64,000 nt of DNA from Phoronis australis (Eukaryota > Animalia > Phoronida): positions 38,557 through 102,556 of the forward strand of contig NMRA01000784.1 in the NCBI GenBank assembly GCA_002633005.1. The letters are read 5' to 3'. The position numbers and the translations under genes were made by a program. The notes below the pieces were generated by a model. The model saw only the letters and a list, made by a program, of their open reading frames with translations. It searched no databases and was not told where the DNA came from. Numbering within the stretch: position 1 is the first letter of the stretch; each line of letters starts with the position of its first letter. Below, piece by piece: positions 1 through 12,700 of this stretch.

Positions 1-431
1 GAATGTTTCGGTTATACATGTAGATCGTACGGTGCTATACTGCACGTATAGGCCTGAGTAAACGTAAACGACTTCTCCAAACTGATTGACATGACGTATT
101 ATGTTTGTTGCAGTCTAAAAATAGGCGTTGCTGATGTCCACCCGGTCATAAGTCATAACGGTAGTCTAAAATTCAAACAACTTAGAAAACCGATTTTGAT
201 CAAAATAGAGTAAACTTTAGGTTGATCTAGTCGTATTGAGAATTATACAAATGTACACTCAATTAACCAAACATTTCCATAGCTCAATGTCATAACGACA
301 AAACAACAAATTATGAACATTCACAATAGAAACAGTATTTATGAATATGTAAATCTTACAAATCTTTTAGTTAACCGGCGTGGAAATTTAGATCGCTAAC
401 ATTTTTGAGTCTCTTCTACACGCCGTCTATT

Positions 432-674
432 GGCCACATCACGTGACCTAATGAACAGAAGTCGGGGCAGAAATCTCTTTAGACTCCCATGCATTACAGT
501 GGCGGATTTAGAGGGGGTCAATGGGGCCATGCCCCGCCCTAAAATTCTCCCAGATTCCATTTGGCAGTTCGTGCATGCGCACGTCTGACGGTCAAAATCC
601 TGGATAATATTCTGCCCTCTGCCCCCCAACTCAAAATCCGGGATCCGGTCCTGCATTAGGCCACGTGATGCGGC
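432..674. mobile_element. Deleted relative of the 1723-1915 palindromic element, interrupted by the 497-653 MITE
   Basis: gccacatcacgtgacctaatg / cattaggccacgtgatgcggc (19/21 IR); shares ggggcagaaatct.ttt.agac with the 1723 element. Confidence 0.65.
497..653. mobile_element. MITE of the CAGTGGCGGAT/CAGGGGCGGAT family with 5-bp TSD CATTA
   Basis: Starts cagtggcggattt, ends ggatccggtcctg; CATTA directly repeated at 492-496 and 654-658. Confidence 0.75.
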
Positions 675-729
675 TATTAGGTGGCGGCAGACCAGACTTC
701 AACATGTTGGCCGTGAACATCATTATTAC

Positions 730-3700
730 CTCAGAATATCTTGATTTTCCGGTCTCTGAAGTTTTTTCCAGGAGACCATTCTGTTTTTTAAAATGTAGAA
801 GAAGTTGTCGCTTCCCTGGGATAGACAATTTTACATGAGTGTAAATAATATCAGGAAGACAGTTAATACGTACATGCAACGAGTTCTACAGAGGAAAGTG
901 TTCACCCATCTTAAAATGATGCCCAAAACTAAAGCCCTAGAGAATTTAAGTTTTGGCCAACCTCCTCGTACTCTGAAGGGTATCTTGGGTCGCTGTTAGT
1001 AACCGTGACGGAAATAGAACCCCATCGACCATAAATAATTACAAGATCGCAAACGGCCTCATTTGATTTTCGTCTTTTTACCAGCTGAACAGAGCAAAAT
1101 ATCGCCTGTGTTTGAGTGTTTAAAATGTTTTCTTGCACTCCAAAAGCTAAAATTTCTGGATAGTAGAGCACTTCAAGAAAATTAATTCTTTTGAGGAAGG
1201 TTTTATTATTTTAAACTTGATCAGTACTCAAAGTGATTGCGCGCTGCCGAATAAGTGTAACTGATTACAATTCAATGGCGCGTGTCTCACTTTCGGTTTG
1301 ATTTTACCCTTGCCTGAATAACTGGTTAGATTTCTCAAACATCGAGTTTAAACTTTTCTACTTTCCCAGCTTTGTAAACGTACGTTGCGTGGCGAAGCTC
1401 AGTACACTTGTAAGTGTCAGGGCCTATCTCCGACAAATCAAAAAATCTCAAAGTCGTTTTATCCTAGAAAGTGCAACTATACCATCCAAGGTCAACTCAG
1501 TGCACGTTAAAGTTCATACCGTCACGAAGAGTAGTATAGAACGAGCTTTGCATCCGGGTCTGTATTCTTCAAGCTCTGACTTTATCAGGTCTGAAATTGT
1601 TAGCACACTCATACATCTTTAGTTTATTTGCGGTGACAAATCGTGACTATTTTAAAATGACATCTTTTTTAAAGCCGGTAAACACTTTAAAAGTATATAA
1701 ATCGCCACGTAGCACGACAACAGGTCACATCACGTGATTCACAGGTAAGTCTAAAAAGACCTCTGCCCCAACTGGGTTTCGAACCTAGCAGTGGTTTCAA
1801 TGGCTCTGATCAGTGGCCACGTCTGCACTGTTAGCAGAAAGTCTCGGGTTCGAACACCCGTAGGGGCAGAAATCTTTTTCAGACATAACTAGCCTATAGG
1901 TCACGTGATGTGACCAAGATATGGCGTTTATGAAGACCGGCTAATAATACACACTCTAAGAATATTGGCCTCCAGTTTGATACAGGGAAGTTTGGTGAGT
2001 TTTAAAGTCTACAGTGAAACAACGGTGGAACGATCCTTCTGTCGTCTTACAATCTCCGACACGATATAATTTCATTCATTTCGAACTGCCTTACGGACGT
2101 CGAGTGCCAAAATAACTATCTTTTGAGCGCAAACGTTTGGCTTTGAGTTTGGACATTAACGAATCATCCGAACTTGGTTTAAATTTACTTTGGACCAGTA
2201 GGTCACGTGATGATCTCAGTGAGCATTTGGTTAACACAAAAAGGGATAGTTTTCAAGCGTTGCATTCATCCGTCAAAAATAACAAGCGACAGCAGTCTGT
2301 TACACTGGTACAGACAAACTAAGCTTTGTTTCTAGCTATGTGTACACTATTTTATGTATAAATATTATGTAGTGCTGTGTATTAAGAAAAAGGGCGAATG
2401 CAACTACCAACATACATGTAACTACGACCGTGACGATGCAATGCAATGCAGTATACGAAATCCACATTTCCTGTTTAACGCGATCTAATCGCAACCGAAC
2501 CGACGTAAACTACATAAGGACTAATTTTGGAGCAGATCTTGGAACTCGGGAACCTTTGGCTGTTTTCGCTTCATCTGTGTTCATGTAACTATTTTGAGTT
2601 ATCAGTTTCCGTAGTGTTTGCATTTTCTTACCTTCTACTTCATCTAACGTGGTGTTTTCAAAGTCCTGTGTAATGAAAAGAGAGATGTATAACATCAAGC
2701 AAAACTTAAACGAGATGAGAAATAAATATAGAGGTCGCTTTAATCACACAAGTGCGTTCTGCCGCAAGGTTCATTGTAGTGCAGTCTCTGTCCGTAACGT
2801 TTGACGTTAAGTTATCTCCGCTGTGAGAATCCAAATTTACATTACGGCGTTTTCCCGTTGCTCCCAACTTGTTGGATTCCATATAGCCCAACGACAAGTT
2901 GGGAAGTTTACCCCTGTAGGCAATATCTTACACGACTGATTACCTCCATTCTGGCATTTATGGTTGGAGGGCCAGCTCTCTTTTGGTCGATAATTGCTCT
3001 AGCCTAATCTCCAATAAGATCCTAGCTAACCTGACTGGGCTGTGCTGTTAAAAATAAAATTTAGGTTATAACATATTTGAACATAAACCAACAGCATTTC
3101 TGAAATCTTCATCAAATGGTGATCATGTTTAGTTTTTGAATCGCCAAAATTGCCCAACTGCAACCGAAGTTACGACAATCTATTTTTTCCGAATACACCA
3201 ATTCACTCTGAGTTAGATTGTGTTCATACGTGGCCTGTAATAAGCCTGGTAGATAATTTGGCCAGCTTGTTGTCATAACAGGCAAAAGAGTGTGCTTGGC
3301 AGTTAATAAAGAAGTTAGATGTTATCACACGCTCAGAACCCCCAACGTTTGGTAATGTCACTGAACGGGAAAACGCTGTAATGCGAGCAACTGACATTTG
3401 CAGCTGAAAGTATAACAATCTTTTTTGAACTGGGACTAGGGGCGGGTGTGCGGACCATTGATTGAGAGCACGGTTATATTGTACATGTACAGACGGTGAT
3501 CAAGTCAGCTTCAGGCACGATTAGGTTGAGAAAGAATGAACTACTCTGATACGTTTCCGGTATCAATAGTATCAGTGTTGATATCAAGAAAGATTCCATT
3601 TATACTACTTTAGTCGATATAAGTAATATCGATATGAGAAGAATAAAGTGTAATGTTATCACGTAGTTTTACTGTCAGTTTTCGGTTTTGATATTTTAGC

Positions 3701-6700
3701 ACTATAAATATTAGCATCAAAATCGAATGAACTGTAAGAAAGTAATATCCACGTGCTTCTTTGAAAATGCAGCACTGAAATGGCTACATCAGTAATATTA
3801 TTTAGTTCAAGGATTTCACAGATATAGCTATTAGAGAATCATTCCAACAAAGAAAGAGTAAGCTTACGTAATAGACTGGAAGTATTTTGTCATCTTTCAA
3901 CAACACGTGGTTCCCGAGTTGCTCAAAGTTTCGGACAGCAGACGATATTAACTGAAAATCAAAGGGAACATAAAAATCATCGATTCTGAAATCCATTGGG
4001 GTGCTAAATTTCGGTAAGGCCTGAGTTGGGTTCAAGTGTTTCAAACCAGTCACANTTTGGAACCCGTATCCGGACGCGGCCTAGCCGCGTTCGATAGGAC
4101 GTTGGATTCGATCAGCACTGTACATACATGTATGTACATGTATGTACACACGGGGATGTGTCAGGTTTGTCGGTGCTGTTTTGAGACATGTGTTGAAAAC
4201 AATAGACGGGAAACTGATTTCCTGGTTCTTTTAATTGAGAAAAGCCAAGTGTTTAGCCCTGACCTACTTCTGCTGCAAAGTGGTGGCTGTCGTTCGCTTC
4301 AACCCCTGTCGCCTGCTGTCTCTCGCTGGCTCCCTGCGTGCCGCTAGGTGTCAGTAGCCAGCAGGCACATAGGGAACCAGCAAGCTGCTGTCTAAGAAAC
4401 CGGGTGTGATTTCAGGTTGCTGTCAAAATAGGGCTTCGTGATGACCACGCTTTCAGAATCTAGAGAGAACGAGCATTCGAAATCTGGTGGTCAGACTTTT
4501 TCTAGCACTTGCATGGAAATGGTAATTTTGGGGAGAAAATTGTCAAATTTTGGGTTTTCGGTCCTATTTTTGTGTCCCGGGAATTTTTTCCATGTGAATT
4601 AACCGATTAAAAATGTTAGCGTTATTAAGTTTCAATTATCATGAGTAGCCTAGTGCTTGTGAGTTGGGAATGCTACTTTTGATTTTCTCAGACTCTTGAT
4701 ATAAAAAGACGTCAGGCAAGGACTCATCTCCACATCGGTGTGCGTCGGCAGACCAAAACGCTATAACACATGTAAGTGAAGCGTGTCTCCCATTTTGTGG
4801 ATACAAAACGGAATAGTCATGGTAAGATATCTTTCTTAATATACATCAAAGACTTAATCCTTGACAGTCACCAAGTTCGTGCCTCCATCCCTACGGTCAG
4901 CTTCACCCCACGTAATGAGACCTCATCATTCATGTTTTCTAAATGAACAGGGGGCCGTGGTCCTTATTTGTCTCCCCATATGATTACTCCAAAGGCTTTA
5001 CCTCATGTATAGTACACTACGGCCAGATCTCCTCTTGTTGGTTCACAACACTACACATACCGGTCTTTGACTAAATACAGTGTACACTCATGCATTCGTT
5101 ATTGCAGTCCAGTCGGGAATTTGGCAATGTTATCTGTACATGTCCAACGCGACTTATACCGCCAACAGTTTCAACACCTCAAGTATTTAAGTATTTAGTA
5201 CATTCGCCTCTTTTCCCATCTCCGCCATTGCTGACGTCACTTACCACGACTCTTGGAGGTGAGACGTTGTGACCTGTCAGTCCTATTTCTAGATGCTTTT
5301 CCGACTCCCACGCCGTTTTGATTATGTCGTCCTGGATACAGTGAAATGGTTCGGGCGGTCTGTCTAAGTAAACCGAAATGTTCCGTGAGATTACGATTGC
5401 TCAAAAATATAGGCCAAATATTGGATTTGACCCAGACTGAGAAAATGAAAGCAGAAATATTATGATTAGGTTAAGTTGAATTTACTTGATTTTGTTAGCA
5501 ATGTTTATACTTAGACTATCCATACATGTACGTTGTCATCTTATCAATTCTTCAAACCTGCGACACGTGTTATTTGACAGAGGTTGTCGGCAGTACGACT
5601 GCTGGTACATGTACAGTGTACATGTAGCTCCACTCAAATGATAACGTGTCTACATTTTACCAGTTTACTCCACTGAATAACAGCGGCATCAAACTGGTTC
5701 TCAAATTACAGGCACCTTATATCGACTATCGTCCAAATCTTCATTGAAACTATGTAACCTGTAAATATAGCGAATATGTTTTTAATACCGACGACTGGGA
5801 AATTTACGTCATCATTTGCAGTGAGTAATATCTTCACTAGTCGTTTTCACATTCGCCTTGGAGAGTTGAAAATTTCGGCTCTTGGGATGCTCACTTGCCT
5901 GGTTTGGGTTTGACTTTTTCTGTCCAAGGTTTCCTCCTGTTTTCGCGATTTTCTCGTCTGTCGTTCAAGATTTTCAGAAAATCTGGTCCTTCGAGGGAAG
6001 AGGTAGCAGACCGCCGCCGAATGAAGAGTCCTTTCTTTTTGGAATGTCTAAAGAGAAGGCGATGCACAAAACTGCATTGTAAGCATCGAGCAGAGTACAT
6101 GAATGGTGCGCGTAAACATTATGTACAGGTACAGAGTAGGCAATAAAATGAATACAAATGAGACGGTCGAAACAGAGATGTTCCGAAAACGAAATGAAAC
6201 AAAACGCACACTCGTTTTCCAGAAATGAATAAATACAAAACACGCTAGCTTTCTATCATATGCACGAGATCCTTGTCAGATAAGACTGATCGTAGACACA
6301 CGCGAGGCATGTGCGATCGGTTAAAGACGAGAAGACACAAGGGGAGGAGAAATTAGATAGAGTGGCTACAATATGACGCATGTACGGCGTGTTGTGTGTA
6401 ACCATCGATACACATATAGACGGTTAGTAACTTTTGTTCAACGCCACACGTGTGACGCAAATTTGAGATCTAGCTCCTGTCAGGGGCGGATCCAGGATTT
6501 TGAGTTAGGGGGAGCCATATGGCCCTCCTGCCTCCCCCCTCCCCCCTAAATCCGCCACTGTCTGTTGAGTTGGCTTAAGTGAAAAACGCCTTGGGACTGA
6601 GCCACCGACGACCAGAAACACAACCTACTCAAATAACAGCGCAACAAAAAATATTGTGTTCTTGCTACGTACGACAGTTTTCTATTACTGTAGGTAGCGT

Positions 6701-9700
6701 TGTTAATACTAACTCAGAGGAGATGGTTGGATGAACAGGTTTGACATCCTTTTAAATAAAGTGTCACTAGGTTTTTTCGATTACAACTTTGTAGGTCCAC
6801 AGCTTTTAAAAGAAAAAGTAATCGGTAGGCCCTATAAAATTGATGAATGGCGTCCCTTCGTGACAGTGAATTCCAAGGTAGAGCGCTAACAGTGTTGTTC
6901 GTCATAAATCTTAAAATGCGAGAGTGTAAGTCTTACGTTTTGTTGCATCCACGTGATTTGATGACGTATGTTTGATCAATCTAAATAATACAAGAAAGTT
7001 TATTACACCTCCTGAAGACACTCCTACGTGTTAAACCTACACGTCAGGTGCCAAAGGGAAAGAACTGCGCTGCCTGCAGCGTGTCATGATCTATATTTTA
7101 TCCTGTGCTACATGATTTTTCGTACAATATGGAGAATCTCAATCAATTTACATTACTAAAGTCACGTGACTGAGTGGAACAATGAGATAGATTGCTGACA
7201 TGACGCATCAGCGATACCACGCATGGAGCTGAACCGTGCCTGTTCCCATTCCAGCAAGAAAGGTTGTCAAGACCACTCATTGGAAATCACCAATCATATG
7301 TGATAGCCCACGAAGAAATCTTAGTTTGATTTTAGAGAGTGGTCACCAATCCTATACGGCAGCCGTGCACTTCAATTTCATGTTATAATCGACATTAGTG
7401 TGCAAGATGAAACTGTTTCGCTGCTCTTAATTGGTGAATGTGTATTTTCCATGACGCTCATCATTTACACAGCATATCTTGATAACAACAACATCGGAAG
7501 TTGTTGCGTGAGTATTAGTAAAATATGCACGAGAAAACATGGATAACATTAATTTATTTAAAGTTCTGTCTTTTTCACTCATTCGTCGACCTATGACAAT
7601 AAATAACCGATAATGGTTTGAATGAGCAGACGACTGGGCGTGGACACCTTACATGTATCACAGCGCGCGGTGGTAAAAGTCGCGTTCCACTCCGTGATGG
7701 CAGGTTTATAAACAACATGTTGATAAATTTGCATAAAAAGACCAGTTAAAACACAGCACTTCCATAGAAAACATCTTCCAAATCCATGACGCAGATTGGA
7801 TTATTTGAGTCAATACGATTGAAAAACGTGCGAAGGAGACGGCTGTGCTTTCTTTATCAAATTATCGTGATGAGACAAAATTCGAGTCATATGTCGTTCA
7901 AAACTCGTTGTCTGCTTTTTCTAGCTTTGATCGATGCAACCTGAGCCGAAAGAGAGTTATCGCGCGATTTTTTACGCGCCGCTGTCGCTTGAGTTTTTTC
8001 GCGCTTCTCAGTCAATTCTCGTCGACTATCGTTCAACTCACGTCTCGTCTCACTTATAATACTTTTTTCTCTCTGGCATTCTTCAAAATCTTGAAAAATC
8101 GGAGAAACTTTTTCCTTATTTTGTTTTCGAATCGCCCGTGGAGTCGGGGTTGCGTCAACAGAAACACTTCTTTGACTAGGAGAGGGTAATGGGAACTTTG
8201 CGGAAGTCCTTGTTGTGTTCAGACCTTCTGATCCTAGAATGTGGTTAATTCTTTCTGATTGGAACATGGTCGGTTCATCTTCGTCGTGATCGTAATCCTG
8301 TTCGTTGTCCACCTCAAATATCGGTGGTAGTATCGGAACGGAATTCCAACTCCTGCTGTCAGATTCGGAGACGTTATCACTATTATTCACCCGGTCAGAA
8401 CCAGACTTCGAAGACGCGGCATTGCCTGGTTCACTCAGCGTCATTTGATTCTCTTGTAAGCGTTTCTTGGACTTGAGGATTTCATCGTAAAGGTCCCCGG
8501 AACTCCCATTGCGAGGAAGAGTAAACCTCTGCTTCTTGCTAGAGAAGTTCACAACTTCTTCGTCCAAAGAGGGATTTCCATGCTTTCCCATGTTTTTCTT
8601 GGCGGCCACAAGGTCTGCTTTGCCCTTCGGCTCCACCTTGTTGGGTGAGCGGAATGTTATCGTTATATTCGTCACCAGCGTACTAGCGTTGTAGCGCTGC
8701 AATATCGCGCTTATTGACGATGGGAGCCTCTGATTTCTAGTGTTTATTTTTGGCAAACCGTAACTAAGATTTCCACGTGCTTTACTCTTCATTGCAGGGA
8801 TCCCCGCGTGTCTGCATCGTACTCATTACAACTATTTTTACGAAGGTTAACTGCAAAAGACGTGGTGTGAAAGAAGCAACTTCAGGCGATATTTCTTCTT
8901 AGAAGTTTCCAGAACTTCACCTTCGAGTAGTTTATCAAAGCTGTCCAACATCACGCAGGTCAGTATATCCAGTGAGAACCAAGTTTAGGTCTAATCTGGA
9001 TGATAAGCGATTATTTTGTCGCTGACACTAACATTCGACCGCTGATACTCCCGTAACCGGTGACATAGACAATTTGTACAGTGTCTTCACAGGAAATGTT
9101 CCAAACTGCCACTATCGCACCGGTTCTTGCAAAATATCTGCCTCGAACTCGGATATTTAAGACCGCATACGTGCTGCTAAGTCACTTGTGTGACGATCAC
9201 AGGATAAACGCAGTGTTCCCCGGATTCAAAATCAATGCCGCTCACCAACGCGACAATCGGTTTTTGATCTCATATAGTGCCTGTGATGCAAGACAAGATT
9301 AGATGAGAACAAAAGACAACTAAGACTGTAATTGATTCTTAATTAGGAGGGCAATGGTGCATTTCATGTATACAATATACACACAAAGTGCACCGCAAGG
9401 GTTGGATCGATGAATTATTGTCGGTGAGATGTCTGCGACAAATTTAAGCTTTCACGCACCAATTAGGAACTGCCGGTGAACACAAGCGTAACCCGAGGCT
9501 TATACCAACGCCCTGACGATCGATGATGAAGATATTTGGGTACATTTTAAACTTATACCTTTCATGTATCAAGCTCAAAAAGCTGTCTTGAATTTTCTTC
9601 ATCATCTTTAAATTTCGCAAGAAATTGGCGCTTTACTTAAAGGTTTCATTATAGTTAAAAACTTCATGCGGATTTTAACGCATCAATTCCGGGAAACATA

Positions 9701-12700
9701 AGCCCAACTAATGCTGATTCAACACAACTCAAAATGTTTTCAAACTCAACTGGATTTGACGTGAGTTTCTTAGTTTACTTTTTGTTTTTGGTGATGCAAT
9801 ATCACCTAAAGTGGCCGCGGTAGTAAGTGACAACTGACTCATGCATTATGGGTACTCGCTCAACTGAATAATGTAACGACGTTTCCGCGGAAACCCCAAC
9901 CACTTCATAAAAACCGACAATATGTGCCGAGTTCAACGATATACATGTATGCCGTCGACATTGATACATATATTTGTCACAGTCGGGGACAAAAATATGT
10001 TACGAAGTGTCTCATCAACGTCCGGGTTGTAGTCTCAGTTGGCTAACCGACCACATCAATTCATGCTGACAAGTGTATTCCTTTTGATTTATTTAGCTCT
10101 CACAAGTACACGTAAGATACAAAAACTACGAGACAGATGGGAACACGGACTCCGCTAAGTCACAGAAGTTGAAATAATAAAAGCAAACATAATAATATAA
10201 AACCGGAAATAAAAAACAAATAAAAAACAAATACTTCCTCAAAGGAAAACTATAAATACAAATGAAAGACTGGATCAATACAAGTACATGTACATATCAC
10301 AATATAGAAAATAAAAGCGAAAATCAAGAGAGACATACATGTATATGTTACCCTCGGTAATAGACAATAATCAATTTATTAAACAAAAAGGTAGTAGACT
10401 GTAGTTAGACGTTTAAATGTATGAAAAATTACAATAAGCGCCTTTAATGTGGATAGGAAGCTCATTCTAGACTCGAATACAGAGCCATTGCAAGTGCTGT
10501 GTCTGTGAGATGTACGAGAGGCCGTTTGACGCAAGTATGGGGGAGCAAAAGGGCGACAACTTGTGATAATGGTGTACACCAAGCGACGTTTCTTAGAAGC
10601 AGCTCTGTCTGAAGCCAAAAGGGAGAATATTAACTTTGCGGAATTCGGGTGCTCCAATATGTGTGTTTGGGTGGACGTTCAAGAGGAAGTGATAAGTTTG
10701 TTTTGACAGCGCTGTAGTTTATCTTTATTTGCTTTAGACAATCTTGATAGTGATGAACAACAAGCACATTTGAATGACAGAGAATCAGAGGTCAAATTTA
10801 CATGTGTTTCCAGTTGTGTCGTCATCTGGAGTCAGCCTTAATGTTCAGGATATCTTCCGCTGTTCTTTCGCGGGATAGAGATCGGTTAAGATGGATCCTA
10901 AAGTATTTGACTGTGCATACAAACTTTACGACATCTCCGTTACATATAATTTTGGTGTGAGAAAGTTGATTTTGGATCCGAATGGAAAACTGTCAGCTTT
11001 GCGTGGCAAAGTGGTAACGTTCAACAAGGTGCGTGGTTTTTAAAGCTATTTGATTAAGCAATTTCCATCTACATCTGGATTCGTAGCAGACGCGTAAATG
11101 AACACCTAGTGATCAGCGTAGAGGAAAACGTTTGCAGTTCACTGTCACGTGTAGGCCATTAACATATATTAGAAAAAGGATGGTACTCATTTTTGACCGT
11201 AGCTGGAACTCTCCAATGGCGATCCAGGGACCGGACAGAGATTTAGCAAGGGAAACGCGTACGTTCAGTGTAAATAATTGGAAAACCAGCCCAGACGCGT
11301 TTTATCGAGAATGAGCGCTGCTAGCCTTCGGGTTAGTACTTTATGGTCGTTGGTATCGAAAGGCTTTTACAGATCGAAAAGGAGCATTCCAGTGCAACTT
11401 TCGGTAATGGTCGGATATCACGTCATACCCACATTTTCAGAACCAGTTTTTTTCTACTGGATAACGGGCATCAAACTGGTTCTCAAACTATGGGCACGTT
11501 ATATCATACTGTTGCCCAATTAATTTGCTCTCAACATTTCTTTTCTATTATGGTTGAACAAGTAAAGAAGGAATGAGATGGTCTCAAACCGGACTGAAGA
11601 GTACAGATGATGGAGTTGTCAGTGAAATATCGGTACAGCTGTTTGTGAAGGAGTCTTAGGCTCGAGCGCTCTTATTGTTATGGATTTTGTGTAATTTCGT
11701 TCGTGGCAAAAATCACTAAATTATATTACAAGGCTGGAAAAGGCTGTGCAAAGGCAATTCTTTGAGTGCAGTGGACTTACTTATACATGTCTAACGACAG
11801 ACTGCGACTCCTTCTGCAGGTATGTTCAGGATGGGCACTGGAAAATGGAAACATTTTTCAAATAAACAACACAGAATAACCCAGTGTTGCAAAATTAAGA
11901 CAGATACATAGGCGGATTTAGGGGGGGGGGCAGGGGGCCTGCCCCCTCCCCCCCTCCCCCGTTGGCTGCCGCAAGCAAAATGAAACAGCAAGAGCGCGAA
12001 GCGTGAGGAAATACTGAGTTCAGTATAATTAGGACAAGTAGCAGGTATGGGGAATCGTTTTTTAGGCCAACGATAGGGTTTCCGAACAATAAGTCCATAT
12101 TCCCGGCCCCGCCTGTGCAGGTGCGTTCACTTTGCCCAATTCCTGTGGCAACGTGTTGGGCCCACCCCTTATGGAATCCTAGATCCGCCACTGAGATATG
12201 TTGTTTTTTTCCCGGATTCTTACGTCACGTTCTTGGTTTGTACAAAGGTCGGTATTTCTGATCAATTAAAGCAGTCATGCTTTGCTGATTGAAGACTTAC
12301 TTTTCAGGAATCCTTTTTGGAGGCACGGTGGCATTTTTTGAAAACATTCGTCGAAGCCGGTACCAAAGCGATAGATTGCCCATGTTCCGGGTGAACCGGT
12401 GACACGTGAGCGTGATCGTACATCATGGTTTTACGGTGACATAGGTCAAAAAAACATGTTTGCATTTTAACATCATTAATAAACTCGGATCACATGAAAT
12501 AAAGATGCACTGCATGTAGTCAGTTCACAATGACGTATTGATATTGCTTTTGGACGAACTCACCTGTTGTAAAGGCACGTCTTCATGTTGGGAGACTTGT
12601 ATAAGTACGACACTGCCGATGGTGATGGAAGCGAGGATGATGAAGGTGATGACGTCATAGACACGGCGGATCCGGAGATTTGCAATCTTCGCAAAAGAAG

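Noticed and set aside
5893-5899. GC-AG donor (CAG|GCAAGT) in the NSMF-like gene
   Set aside because: The canonical donor 4 nt downstream plus micro-exon 5758-5716 restores the frame that matches NSMF.
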